Shown in pieces: positions 9,262 through 19,749 of a stretch of DNA of 64,000 bases. The position numbers were made by a program, and so were the translations under genes. The stretch spans positions 261,548-325,547 of the forward strand of contig JBHLKM010000003.1 in NCBI GenBank assembly GCA_048886685.1. Reading direction: 5' to 3'. How positions within the stretch are numbered: the stretch's first letter is position 1; the number at the start of each line of letters is the position of its first letter. This DNA is from Candidatus Hodarchaeota archaeon. GTDB lineage: Archaea; Asgardarchaeota; Lokiarchaeia; Sigyniarchaeales; SOKP01. The notes under the pieces are model-generated. The model was not told where the DNA came from, made no database searches, and saw only the letters and a list, made by a program, of their open reading frames with translations.

Positions 9262-11241
9262 ATGTCAAAAGAAGAAAGAATGAAAAGCATTCTCACTGAA
9301 AATCGTATATTTAATCCTGTTGACCTCAATCCAGATTATACTAAAACAGGCATGTCGATGGAAGAATATAAAAAACTCTATAAACAATCAATTGAAGATA
9401 TGGAAGGATTTTGGGGTGAACAAGCAAAATCACTTGATTGGTTTAAACCCTATGAAAAAGTCTGGGAGAAGACAGACTTATTTCCAGGGAAATGGTTTGT
9501 AGGAGGAAAACTTAATGTTGCTTATAATTGTTTAGATAGACATGTCAATGCAGGAAACGGGGACAGAATTGCTCTAATTTGGGAAGCAGATGAACCTGGG
9601 CAAGTGAGAAAATTTTCTTACAGTGAACTTCTAAAAGAAGTCAGTAAAGTTGCGAATGCTATGAAAGATCTTGGACTTAAAAAGGGTGATTGTGTTACTC
9701 TGTGGCTTCCAATGGTCCCTGAACTTGCAATCATTACGTTAGCATGTGCGAGGATTGGTGTTATTCATTCGATTGTTTTTGGTGGATTTTCGAAGGAAGC
9801 TGTAAAAGATAGAATAGAAGATTCTGACTCTCGTCTCCTTTTCACTAGTGACGAAACATTAAGGGCTGGTAAATTTTATCCTAAGATGGCTGATATGGTT
9901 CAAATAATTGATGAGGTTCCTACTATTGAACATGTAATTGTTGTCCAGCGTTCTGGAAGAGAGGTTCCTCACACAAAAAAAGATATCTGGTATCATGATT
10001 TCATTGATGGCATGAGTGAAGAATGCGAACCTGTAATAATGGATTCTGAGGATACCTTATTTATTTTATATACAAGTGGAACAACTGGTAAACCAAAAGG
10101 AGTAAAGCATACCACTGCGGGATATATTTTATATACTTCGTTTACACATAAAGTTGTTTTTAATTATCAAGAGGGAGATATATGGTATTGTACAGCCGAT
10201 ATTGGATGGATTACTGGACATTCATACATTGTTTACGGACCATTAGCAAATGGTGCTACAAGCTTAATGTTTGAAGGGGTTCCAACTTATCCTGATGTTG
10301 ATCGCTTCTGGGACATCGTAGAGCGACACAAAGTTACTCATTTTTATACAGCCCCAACAGCTATTAGAGCTTTAATGAGATATGGAGAAGATCCTGTTGA
10401 AAAACATGATATAAGTTCATTAAAGGTCTTAGGAACTGTTGGCGAACCGATAAATCCAGAAGCTTGGACATGGTATCATAGAGTCATAGGGAAAAGTCGT
10501 TGTCCAATCGTTGATACATACTGGCAAACTGAAACTGGAGGTTTTATTATGACTCCTATAGCAACTGCAACTCCTACAAAACCAGGATCTTGCTGCATGC
10601 CATTTTTAGGTATTAAACCTATTATCTTCGACCTTGAAGGCGATGAAGTTACTGAACCAGATGAAGGTGGATATTTTGCTATGGGGCAACCTTGGCCTGG
10701 TATGTTGAGGGATGTTTGGGGCAATACTGAGCGATTTATCTCAACATATCTAGAAAAATACCCTGGTTATTATTATACTGGGGATGGGGCACGTAGAGAC
10801 GAAGATGGTTATTATTGGATTTTAGGACGATTAGATGATGTAATAAAGGTATCAGGACATCGAATAGGAACAATGGAAGTAGAGTCTGCTCTTGTAAGTC
10901 ATCCAAGTGTTGCAGAAGCAGCCGTTGCTCCCTTTCCTCATAAAATTAAAGGTCAAGCAATCTGGGCATATGTAACCCTTATGCAAGGAGTTGAAAAGTC
11001 AGCGAAACTATCAAAAGAGATAAGAATGCATGTAAGGCAAGAGATTGGTCCAGTCTTCCAACCTGATGTAATTCAATTTGCTGATGCTTTACCAAAAACT
11101 AGAAGTGGCAAAATAATGCGCAGAATTCTGAAAGCTATTGCAGCTGGAACTGATATTGGAAATGTAACAACTTTAGCTGATCCTACTGTAGTTGATGCCC
11201 TATTAGAAGAACGTAAGAAAATGGAAATTGAAATAGGTTAA
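9262..11241 (+). CDS. acs: Acetate--CoA ligase (AMP-forming)
   Basis: YTSGTTGKPKG, TADIGWITGHSY, GTVGEPINP, DTYWQTETGG, PKTRSGKIMRR. Confidence 0.96.
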   Translation: MSKEERMKSILTENRIFNPVDLNPDYTKTGMSMEEYKKLYKQSIEDMEGFWGEQAKSLDWFKPYEKVWEKTDLFPGKWFVGGKLNVAYNCLDRHVNAGNGDRIALIWEADEPGQVRKFSYSELLKEVSKVANAMKDLGLKKGDCVTLWLPMVPELAIITLACARIGVIHSIVFGGFSKEAVKDRIEDSDSRLLFTSDETLRAGKFYPKMADMVQIIDEVPTIEHVIVVQRSGREVPHTKKDIWYHDFIDGMSEECEPVIMDSEDTLFILYTSGTTGKPKGVKHTTAGYILYTSFTHKVVFNYQEGDIWYCTADIGWITGHSYIVYGPLANGATSLMFEGVPTYPDVDRFWDIVERHKVTHFYTAPTAIRALMRYGEDPVEKHDISSLKVLGTVGEPINPEAWTWYHRVIGKSRCPIVDTYWQTETGGFIMTPIATATPTKPGSCCMPFLGIKPIIFDLEGDEVTEPDEGGYFAMGQPWPGMLRDVWGNTERFISTYLEKYPGYYYTGDGARRDEDGYYWILGRLDDVIKVSGHRIGTMEVESALVSHPSVAEAAVAPFPHKIKGQAIWAYVTLMQGVEKSAKLSKEIRMHVRQEIGPVFQPDVIQFADALPKTRSGKIMRRILKAIAAGTDIGNVTTLADPTVVDALLEERKKMEIEIG

Positions 11242-11242
11242 T

Positions 11243-11264
11243 TATTTTTTTAAATTTTTTTTTT
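11243..11264 (+). terminator. Oligo-T tract after acs, probable archaeal terminator
   Basis: Two long T runs immediately after the acs stop codon. Confidence 0.45.
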
Positions 11265-11421
11265 CAATTAATGTTACTATTCATCTTAAAAAGGCGGTCT
11301 ATAAACATCTGAATAATTTAAAGAAATTTGCATAAAAGGAAATAAAATGGTTTTATTTTAGAGATAGTAAGCAAAAATAGAGCAAAACGCTTAAATAATT
11401 GAAAATGAAATATTAATAAAT

Positions 11422-12807
11422 ATGAAATTAATAACAAAACAATCTCTAATAATTCTCTTTTCAATATTTATACCTATCTCTTTCTTACTAACTTTTACGT
11501 CACCTTGTAACGCTGCTACAAATCCAGGTGTATTATTTGCATATAAAGAGACAGAGGGAAGAACTTGGGGGGCTTGGGTTATGGATGATATTAATGGTGA
11601 TGGATGGCGAGAAATAGGTATATGTGGTGCTATTTATACGAAAGCTCTTGATGTAAATCCTGCTCATGGTGGTCCGAAAGAGATCTGGGATCAGTGGGGA
11701 TTACATCATGAAGTACTTTGGGGTTGTGATTCTAGATTAGATGCAAATGGGGATGGTATTACGGAACAGTTAGTATTTGAAGCCGTTTGGAATAATCACT
11801 ATCTACTTAATGGGCAGAATGGGGTTGCTTTAGATAGTCCCGATGAAGAAAATAGGAGAGGTGGGTTTTATTGGCCTATTATTGATTGCGGTTTCGGTTT
11901 AGTCCATGATGTAAATGGGAATGGTTTTAACGACTATGTCATTACAGGTATAAATTATAGTCCAAAAGCTATAATTCAATGTATTGAAAGCACAAATGCA
12001 TCGGTGATATGGGAATTTGAGCTTTCACATGTTTCTAATGGATTACGACCAATATACATAAATTCAACACAGCATATTTTAATAATTCCAGGAGGATTTT
12101 TACAAGTATTCTCACACAATGGTATTGAAGTATGGAATCGGTCGGGATTTGGAGGAGGACTTGATATCATTCCAAATGGTGCCGGATTTGGCTCAGATGC
12201 AATTATAACTAGCACAGGAGCAGGATTTACCTTGATAAATGCATCAGACAACACTATTATATGGTCGAATATAATGTATATGCATTCATTGCATTATGTG
12301 GGTGATATAAATAATGATGGATTTGGTGATTTTGGTGGTTTATACCCTACCGGTGATAAAGTTGGTGTTTGTTCAGGAAAGGATGGAACATTAATCCGCA
12401 ATCATACTGCGCAAACCCTTTTAAATTACATGCATGGGGTAACATATTGCGGTGATGTGAATGGTGATGGATATGACGATTATGGAATTTTTGGGGATTT
12501 TTACCCTCATGAAGTTTTTTCAGGAAATAACGGTTCTCAATTAATTTCGATTGGTGGACCTGATTTTAAGGGTGCTGAAGAGATGTATATTGTTCCAGAT
12601 ATCAATGGAAATGGTACTCCTGATATAATGTTATTTGATGGGGGCATTGCTGCGGTTGAGGGAAGTTTTCAAGGTAATGCTAATTTATATTATGAAGAAG
12701 AAGGAGGAGGAATTAAAATAAATGGATTTTCAGTTATAATAATAACTTTAGTACTTGTGGTGGGTACAATTCCTATTTCATATAAAATCATTAAAACTAT
12801 GAAATAA
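11422..12807 (+). CDS. Secreted, membrane-anchored FG-GAP/integrin-alpha-like beta-propeller protein
   Basis: Signal peptide; repeated DxNG(D/N)G Ca-binding motifs (DINGDG, DANGDG, DVNGNG, DINNDG, DVNGDG, DINGNG); C-terminal TM helix with basic tail. Confidence 0.75.
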   Translation: MKLITKQSLIILFSIFIPISFLLTFTSPCNAATNPGVLFAYKETEGRTWGAWVMDDINGDGWREIGICGAIYTKALDVNPAHGGPKEIWDQWGLHHEVLWGCDSRLDANGDGITEQLVFEAVWNNHYLLNGQNGVALDSPDEENRRGGFYWPIIDCGFGLVHDVNGNGFNDYVITGINYSPKAIIQCIESTNASVIWEFELSHVSNGLRPIYINSTQHILIIPGGFLQVFSHNGIEVWNRSGFGGGLDIIPNGAGFGSDAIITSTGAGFTLINASDNTIIWSNIMYMHSLHYVGDINNDGFGDFGGLYPTGDKVGVCSGKDGTLIRNHTAQTLLNYMHGVTYCGDVNGDGYDDYGIFGDFYPHEVFSGNNGSQLISIGGPDFKGAEEMYIVPDINGNGTPDIMLFDGGIAAVEGSFQGNANLYYEEEGGGIKINGFSVIIITLVLVVGTIPISYKIIKTMK

Positions 12808-12862
12808 GAGGAATTAATTTCAAAATCAATTTTTCTAATTTTTTTTGCTTAATTCACTAGTA

Positions 12863-13315
12863 TTATGATTTTAAAAGTTTTTTTATATGATTTTTTAACT
12901 GTATTTCTAATTTTGGATCAGTGGGATATCCTACTTTTATTCCTTTTGATATTTTATTACTTAAATATTGTTCAAGATCAAGAAAATCATCTAATTTGTC
13001 TCTCAAATTCTTAGTTTGCGCATCACTTTTCAATATTTGGGAAAGGTAAACATATTTAATAATACTAATAGCTTCCTCAGATTTACTTGAGCCTATCACG
13101 AGAATGGAATGATTATCAAATAAACTACCTAAATAGCTGAAAATGTTTGTATTACTCCATTTCTGAAGTTTATATTTTAAAAAATCTAAAACCCCGAGGA
13201 TTTCTGAAGGATCTTTATCCTTCTCGAGTTTAAAGAATATTCCAGATTTTTCCTCATTCTCATACTTATTTATTAAATGTTCTATGTGTTTGAGAAATTG
13301 TGTATCAGAAGACAT
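12863..13315 (-). CDS. Hypothetical protein
   Basis: 150-aa ORF with normal composition, divergent from the HEAT gene. Confidence 0.6.
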   Translation of the reverse strand: MSSDTQFLKHIEHLINKYENEEKSGIFFKLEKDKDPSEILGVLDFLKYKLQKWSNTNIFSYLGSLFDNHSILVIGSSKSEEAISIIKYVYLSQILKSDAQTKNLRDKLDDFLDLEQYLSNKISKGIKVGYPTDPKLEIQLKNHIKKLLKS

Positions 13316-13478
13316 AGATTTATTTCAATGTAGTTAATTTACCATTATCTATAATACAAATTATTTTTTACGATTTTTTAGATCAATAAACATAAATAAA
13401 TCTATTTTTTTGTATAAATTCAAAGGTTAACTATTTTCAATTATTTGAATAGAATTTGTAAATGTTGAGGTTATAGAA

Positions 13479-15149
13479 TTGAAACCTAATAATAAACAAG
13501 TCCTCAAAGAAATTGATTCTATGAATCCAGAAGAAGCTATTGAATCGCTCCTCTCAATTTTAAAATCTTCAGAAACCTGGGATCATAAAGTAAAAGTGGT
13601 TGATTTATTACTACAATTTCAAGATGATCAGAAAATCCCTTTTCAAGAAATTAAAAGGGTATTTCTAGAAGACAAACATCCTCAATTACGTATTGCTTTA
13701 ATCGAATTATTAGCTACATGTTACAAAAATGAGGGAATTGAGTTTTTAAAAAGCCAATATAAAAACTGTAGTGATGGAACCGTCAGAAAAAGTTTGATTG
13801 AAGTAGTTGGTGCATTCGACTTAAATAGGTCAACATCTTTTTTCATTGAAGCTTTAGGTGATGCTAATATTGAATCCAAAAAGTTAGCGATTAATTATTT
13901 AGGTAAAACTGGAAACGAAGAAGCTTTAGTTCCCTTAATGGAGTTATTACATTTTAGGAATATGGAGATATATAATCTTTTGATAAATTCTATCATAAGA
14001 CTAGGAAGAAAAGGACACATACATATTATTAATGAATATATTAATACAGAAGATCCAAATATCAGAAGAGAAATACCCGTTATTTTAGGCAAAATTGGGA
14101 TCAAGGAGAGTGAGAATTTATTAATTTCGCTTTTAAAAGATGAAAATCCTTCTGTAAGAAAGAATTCTGTAAAAGCACTAGAAAAAATCATAGAATTAAA
14201 AAATATAAAAAATATTTTAGACACTCTTAATGATACAGACATGGAAGTAAGAAAAGAAACTATACGAGTTCTTGGAAATGTAGGTAGTAAAAGAGCTATT
14301 AAACCCTTATTAGAAATTTTGAAAGAAAAAAATATCAAGATTAGAAATCTTGCTCGAAATGCTCTATATAAAATTCTTTCTAAATCAAAAAACTATGAAG
14401 TTCTTTACGAAGTTATTAAGGGGAGAAATCTTGAAGCTAGAAAAGAGGCAATTAGATTAGTAGGAATGTTAAAAAATAATAATTCAATTGATCTATTAAT
14501 AAAAACATTCAATAGTAAAGTTGCAAGTTTAAGAAGATCTGCTTATAAAGCAATCCTAGTAATTCTAGACAAAAATGTTGATAATTTAATTATAGACGGG
14601 TTAACGGATAAGTCATGGCAAATTCGAATGTATTGTACAAAAATTTTAGGAGAAATAGCAGATCCTACAACGATTAAACCTATTTTTGATTTAATAGAGG
14701 ATGAAAATGGGAGTGTCAGAAAAGCTGCAATTGATGGCTTGACCCATTTTAATCCTGATAAAGTTCTTGGTTTAGCAAAGGAAGCAGTTAATAGTTCAAA
14801 TTGGAAAATTAGGAGAGCAGGAGTAAAGTTACTCATAATGTTAGGAGATAACGAGTCAATAAATGTATTAATTTCATGTTTAAACGACGATGATATTTAT
14901 ATTAAAAGTTGGGCTGCTATGGCTCTAGGGAAACTTAAAAATGTTGATTCAATTGAACCATTTATTTCATTATTAAATGAATCTGATGAGAAAACTCGAA
15001 TGTCAGCAGTTAAAGCACTGGGTGAAATTGGGAATAGAGACGCTATAAAACCTCTTATTGCAATATTAGGGGATGATAATTGGGATTTTAGGAAAGAAGT
15101 AGAGAATGCATTAAACAAAATCAATCCAGATTGGATGAATGAATTATAA
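13479..15149 (+). CDS. HEAT (PBS-lyase-like) repeat protein
   Basis: ~31-aa repeats of the LxDxxxxVRxxAxxALGxIG type throughout. Confidence 0.9.
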   Translation: MKPNNKQVLKEIDSMNPEEAIESLLSILKSSETWDHKVKVVDLLLQFQDDQKIPFQEIKRVFLEDKHPQLRIALIELLATCYKNEGIEFLKSQYKNCSDGTVRKSLIEVVGAFDLNRSTSFFIEALGDANIESKKLAINYLGKTGNEEALVPLMELLHFRNMEIYNLLINSIIRLGRKGHIHIINEYINTEDPNIRREIPVILGKIGIKESENLLISLLKDENPSVRKNSVKALEKIIELKNIKNILDTLNDTDMEVRKETIRVLGNVGSKRAIKPLLEILKEKNIKIRNLARNALYKILSKSKNYEVLYEVIKGRNLEARKEAIRLVGMLKNNNSIDLLIKTFNSKVASLRRSAYKAILVILDKNVDNLIIDGLTDKSWQIRMYCTKILGEIADPTTIKPIFDLIEDENGSVRKAAIDGLTHFNPDKVLGLAKEAVNSSNWKIRRAGVKLLIMLGDNESINVLISCLNDDDIYIKSWAAMALGKLKNVDSIEPFISLLNESDEKTRMSAVKALGEIGNRDAIKPLIAILGDDNWDFRKEVENALNKINPDWMNEL

Positions 15150-15161
15150 CAAAAAGCCTAT

Positions 15162-15551
15162 TCAATTTGATAAACTAAGAATTTTGTGAATATATTTTTC
15201 TAAATCATCCAATATTATGCTAGAATTTGATTGTGTATTTAATATACATGTCAAAAATGAATTTTTATCAATCTCAACAATAATAATGGTTTCACCCTTT
15301 AATTCCGCTATTATTTTATTTATTTTTTGACTTCCCATTGTTTTACTAAGGCCTGTAGCTCCTTCTAAAACAGAGGCACACATTGAAACAAATTCTTTGC
15401 TATTAATAGATTTCTCACTATTTTCATTAATGAGTTCCCCATTTCGTTTAGCAAAAAAAATCCCTGTAAAGTTTCCTTTATTCTTTATTTCATTTAAAAT
15501 TCGAATTAATTCGGTAATATCTTCTGTTTCTTCCTTTTCAATCTCTTTCAT
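15162..15551 (-). CDS. Roadblock/LC7 domain protein
   Basis: GIFFAKRNGELI, FVSMCASV and IIAEL...IIIV pattern; 129 aa. Confidence 0.75.
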   Translation of the reverse strand: MKEIEKEETEDITELIRILNEIKNKGNFTGIFFAKRNGELINENSEKSINSKEFVSMCASVLEGATGLSKTMGSQKINKIIAELKGETIIIVEIDKNSFLTCILNTQSNSSIILDDLEKYIHKILSLSN

Positions 15552-15617
15552 AATGATAATTGCTTAAAATTAAGATAATTAAATTAATTAATTACCTAAT
15601 TTAACTATTGAATATAT

Positions 15618-17024
15618 ATGAAACCAATTAACAAAATTGAAAACGATCTAAAAAATAGGAATAAGAATTTCATTGATAATGAACTACGACCATTCCTAAG
15701 AATCCCCAGTAATACAACAAATAAAGAAGGCATTCAAAAAACAAAAGACTATATCATCTCCTACGTTAGTTCTTTTTCAGATGACATAACAGAATATCAA
15801 GGGACACACAATCCACTGTTTTTGGCTAAGGTTAGTGGTAAAATAAAGGATGATCTGTTAATTTATATGATGTATGATACCCAACCCATTAGTGAACCTA
15901 AAGATTGGATAAGTGATCCATTTGGTGCTGAAATCCATAAACTTGATTATCCCCTAGACGTTTTAGGAGATTGTATTATAGCGAGAGGTGCATATAATTC
16001 GAAAACTCCGTTGATTTGCTTTTTAAATGTAGTGAGAGAATTAAAAAGAACTAATGAATTACCAATATCTCTACTGTTACTATTTGATGGTGAGGAAGAA
16101 ATAGGGTCTCCAACTTTATTAAAATTCATTCTCAAAAAAAAAGAATTATTTAAAGATTGTATTGATGCATACTATCCGGCAACAAAGCAATCCCTTAACG
16201 GAGACTCCATTTTAAAGCTCGGATATAAAGGTATCTTATCTCTGACTATAGAAGTGTCATCAAAGAACAAGGAACCACATTCAGCTTATAGTGCAATGAT
16301 TCCTAATCCTACAATTGATTTAATTTCGATACTTAACTTAATATATTCAAATGGAGAGTTCCAAATCAATTCACTAAAGGAACCTTATGATTTGACTAAA
16401 GAAGAAGAATCAATTCTCAATGAATTATTAAACAAAATAGATATTAAAAATATAAAAAAAAAAGCAGGAATCCTACAGACTATTGAAACTGATACAAGAC
16501 TGGATTTTGTAAATTATTTATTTAAGCCAACATTTAATATTTCCACATTAAAATCTGGATTTTTAGGGGAAGGATTTAAAAATTACGTACCTAATAATGC
16601 GGAATGCAATATAGATATTAGATTTGCCCATAATATTCCTGTAGACGTTATTTTTCGTGAAATTAAAGAAGAGATTGATAAATTCTCTATAACTTCAAAT
16701 TCTGAAATTAAATTAACTAAAAATCTTAGTTATGAGAGTTCTAGAGTCAAAAAAGACACTCCTTTAGTAAAAAGCCTCATTGAAAGTGCAAAAATGTTAG
16801 GAGTAACAACTGAAATATGGCCAATAAGTGCCGCTGCTGCTCCTTTAAGTAAAATTCAAAAAGATTTGAACTTAAATTTTATTACAGGTGGTTTAGGAAT
16901 AGGAGGATCAGCCCATTCTGCGAATGAGTTTATTCAATATAAATCAGTAATTAATACAAGATTATCATATTATAATTTTCTAAAAATTTATTCTCAATTA
17001 GTACAAGAACAAGATAAGAATTAA
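15618..17024 (+). CDS. M20-family metallopeptidase/amidohydrolase (atypical metal ligands)
   Basis: YDTQP, W.SDPF, ARGA, DGEEEIGSP, AHSANE. Confidence 0.8.
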   Translation: MKPINKIENDLKNRNKNFIDNELRPFLRIPSNTTNKEGIQKTKDYIISYVSSFSDDITEYQGTHNPLFLAKVSGKIKDDLLIYMMYDTQPISEPKDWISDPFGAEIHKLDYPLDVLGDCIIARGAYNSKTPLICFLNVVRELKRTNELPISLLLLFDGEEEIGSPTLLKFILKKKELFKDCIDAYYPATKQSLNGDSILKLGYKGILSLTIEVSSKNKEPHSAYSAMIPNPTIDLISILNLIYSNGEFQINSLKEPYDLTKEEESILNELLNKIDIKNIKKKAGILQTIETDTRLDFVNYLFKPTFNISTLKSGFLGEGFKNYVPNNAECNIDIRFAHNIPVDVIFREIKEEIDKFSITSNSEIKLTKNLSYESSRVKKDTPLVKSLIESAKMLGVTTEIWPISAAAAPLSKIQKDLNLNFITGGLGIGGSAHSANEFIQYKSVINTRLSYYNFLKIYSQLVQEQDKN

Positions 17025-18181
17025 TTTTTACTAAATAATCCCCCTATACCTCTGGTTTTTGCTTTAATGGCACTTTCGTTACACAATTCAGCACAACAAA
17101 AACATGAAATGCATTTGCTTCGTAAGAATGTAGGGAAACTATTCGTTTCAAACTCGATAGCTTCAGCAGGGCAATTTAGAGCACAATCTCCGCATTGTAT
17201 ACATTTAGATTTTATTAGTTTAGGAATCTTTTTAATTATTTTATATCCAATATGTCCTGACATATAACCAATAAAATTAGTAAATCTTGTTCCTGGTACT
17301 TTAAATTTAGGAGTTCGTTCCTTAGCTTCCTCAAGAGGTAAGCCTAGAATTTCTATATTTTCTATTTTTCCTATCCCTAAGTTTCGCTCTATCCCATTTT
17401 TAATATGAGGTACACTTTTTGATTTTATCTTACCAATTTCTAAAGCAACAATATCTAAAGCTAATTCGTCTGTTCCAGCAAGAATTAAATCCCATTGTTT
17501 CATTTTACCCCCTCCAGGTCCCATTCTCCCTTCCATAATCTCTTGTAAATCATATACCGTTAATCTATTTGGTTTATTCTTTACCACCCATGAAAAATTA
17601 TCTGCAAGAACTTCCCCAAATTGTTCAGCTGTTTTTCCATATAAATGATAATGAGCTTTTAGACCTCCAGGAATAATACCCCAATAATTCTTTATGGCTC
17701 CTGTCATTGTTGCCTCTAAATGGGATTTCAAGCGTGGTAAATTTATTAATATATCACAATCTTTAACAGTTTTAGCAACACGAATTTCTTTTAATCTTAA
17801 AGCACCTTCGATTGTTTCAATTATTGGTATATCACTTTCAAAATCTACAAAATTTAATCCGTGAGTTTCACATATTTCATAAATTCCAATTTCTTTGGCA
17901 ACATCAGAACCTAATTTCTGAGATTGGCCTGGGGAGTCTCCTAAATAAACATTATCCATAGAAACTCCAATCGCCTTCAGATAAGAAACAATACCTTCAA
18001 TAAAACCGGGTTGAGTACAAGCCTCTTTTTTTGCTGTTAACAAATTTGGCTTTAAAAGAACATTTTTAGATTTAATAAAATCAAAATGAATATCTTTTTC
18101 GATTAATTTGATTGCACCGACGACAGCATCAGGAATGTCATCAAAATCATTAACATTTACGATACTTATCTTAGTCAACAT
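17021..18181 (-). CDS. DUF362 protein with C-terminal 2x[4Fe-4S] ferredoxin domain
   Basis: LLKPNL, NLPRLKSH, TGAIKN; CIQCGDCALNCP and CISCFCCAELC. Confidence 0.88.
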   Translation of the reverse strand: MLTKISIVNVNDFDDIPDAVVGAIKLIEKDIHFDFIKSKNVLLKPNLLTAKKEACTQPGFIEGIVSYLKAIGVSMDNVYLGDSPGQSQKLGSDVAKEIGIYEICETHGLNFVDFESDIPIIETIEGALRLKEIRVAKTVKDCDILINLPRLKSHLEATMTGAIKNYWGIIPGGLKAHYHLYGKTAEQFGEVLADNFSWVVKNKPNRLTVYDLQEIMEGRMGPGGGKMKQWDLILAGTDELALDIVALEIGKIKSKSVPHIKNGIERNLGIGKIENIEILGLPLEEAKERTPKFKVPGTRFTNFIGYMSGHIGYKIIKKIPKLIKSKCIQCGDCALNCPAEAIEFETNSFPTFLRSKCISCFCCAELCNESAIKAKTRGIGGLFSKN

Positions 18182-18685
18182 ATCTAATCAATTTTGGAAA
18201 TTTTGAAAGAAATTAAAATATCATTATATCTCTCAATAAATTTTTCAGAAAATATAAAATCTTCTTATTCAAAAAGGAATAAATGTTTATACTTATCTAA
18301 TATTTTACTACAGTCGAATCCTCTTAATTTCCGAAGATCCATGTTTAAATTCTTTTTCTGATTCGTGAAATTTAGATTGAAATAGTCTAAAGATAAATGC
18401 ATATCATCATTAGTATTCAACCTTAAAGAATTCTTTAAAAGATTGTAATCTTGAAAGAAAAGTCTCTCACTCCTCTTTAATTTTTATTTTTTCTTTAATT
18501 ATAAAATAGTGGATTGTCTGATTATATGATGCATTTATTATAATTTATAGCTTGAAATAATTATTTTTCCTGTTTCACTCAACTGGTTTTCCAACTCTAT
18601 CACTTATAATTTTTTTTCTAATAAAACTATAAAGATTTATCAAGGTGTTTTAAGATCATTTTAACATAAAACTTCAACAATAAAA

Positions 18686-19723
18686 ATGGAAAGCTTAGAC
18701 TTACTACTAGGATTAATCTTTTCATCAGAAGATAATGTTATATATGAAAATATCAAACTATCAAAAAAATTACCAGAAGAAAATATCCAATACTTAAGCC
18801 AATTACCTATACGGTTTCTTGGACCTTTATTCATGACTTTAGCTTATGATATAGAAAAAAAATGGAATATTGATTTTATTGAATCAACATTATCATCATA
18901 TCAGGAACATATTATTGAAGAAACTTTTATGCAATCATTCCTATGCCTAAATTCTTCAGTTGAAGCAGAAAATAACATGACTTATCTCTTTGCATTTATT
19001 GGATCTCCATATACAGAAGATCCTAAGATGTTATATGAAAAAATGAATAAATATATTCATCAAAGTATCATTCAAGGGAGATATGTAGCCCAAAAGACTC
19101 ATGGGGTTGAGTTTAGTTATAGCAAATTCGTAAATGGAGAGTTAAGAAGAGGTATAAATTTGATAAAACATTCATTAGGATCTTCAAGAAAGATGTACTG
19201 GGAAGAAAAAAAAAAATATTATTCTGTGGGACTAATAGAAAGACAAAAAAATGGAGATTCTGTTGAATCTAACTTATACACATTTGATACTAATGATACT
19301 TTAAGAAAAAGGTCTTTAAAAGCTATTCCTTCCTACTATTTGATGGCAATATTACCTGATTACTTTGAAAGTCGTATCATCGAAACCTTAAAGCTATTTG
19401 AAAAAACAGAAATTTATCCTAACATTAGAAAGATAAAATTAAGTAGTTTTAATAATGAGGTTTTGTATATAGAGGAATTTTCAATTGAGAATCAAATCAG
19501 AAGAAGCATTGGTTTGATATTAATTCCAACAAATGAAGATTTACCAGAGAGTTATGACATTTCATTTTTTAAGAAAAAATTAAGGTTCATATTAGACAAG
19601 AAGAAGAATTTTGAAGAAATTATAATTGAGATAAATTCAAGAATTAACCCGTTCGATAAATGGAGAACAGATTCTCAAGAAAGCCTTAATAATATTAAAG
19701 AATTACTTGATAACAAAAATTAA
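18686..19723 (+). CDS. Hypothetical protein
   Basis: 345-aa ORF; no clear motif. Confidence 0.6.
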   Translation: MESLDLLLGLIFSSEDNVIYENIKLSKKLPEENIQYLSQLPIRFLGPLFMTLAYDIEKKWNIDFIESTLSSYQEHIIEETFMQSFLCLNSSVEAENNMTYLFAFIGSPYTEDPKMLYEKMNKYIHQSIIQGRYVAQKTHGVEFSYSKFVNGELRRGINLIKHSLGSSRKMYWEEKKKYYSVGLIERQKNGDSVESNLYTFDTNDTLRKRSLKAIPSYYLMAILPDYFESRIIETLKLFEKTEIYPNIRKIKLSSFNNEVLYIEEFSIENQIRRSIGLILIPTNEDLPESYDISFFKKKLRFILDKKKNFEEIIIEINSRINPFDKWRTDSQESLNNIKELLDNKN

Positions 19724-19749
19724 GATAACAGGGAAATGGGGTAAGTTTA

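Noticed and set aside
18265-18480. ~70-codon open frame on the minus strand with GAGGAGTGA nearby
   Set aside because: No suitably spaced start codon and no recognisable protein features.
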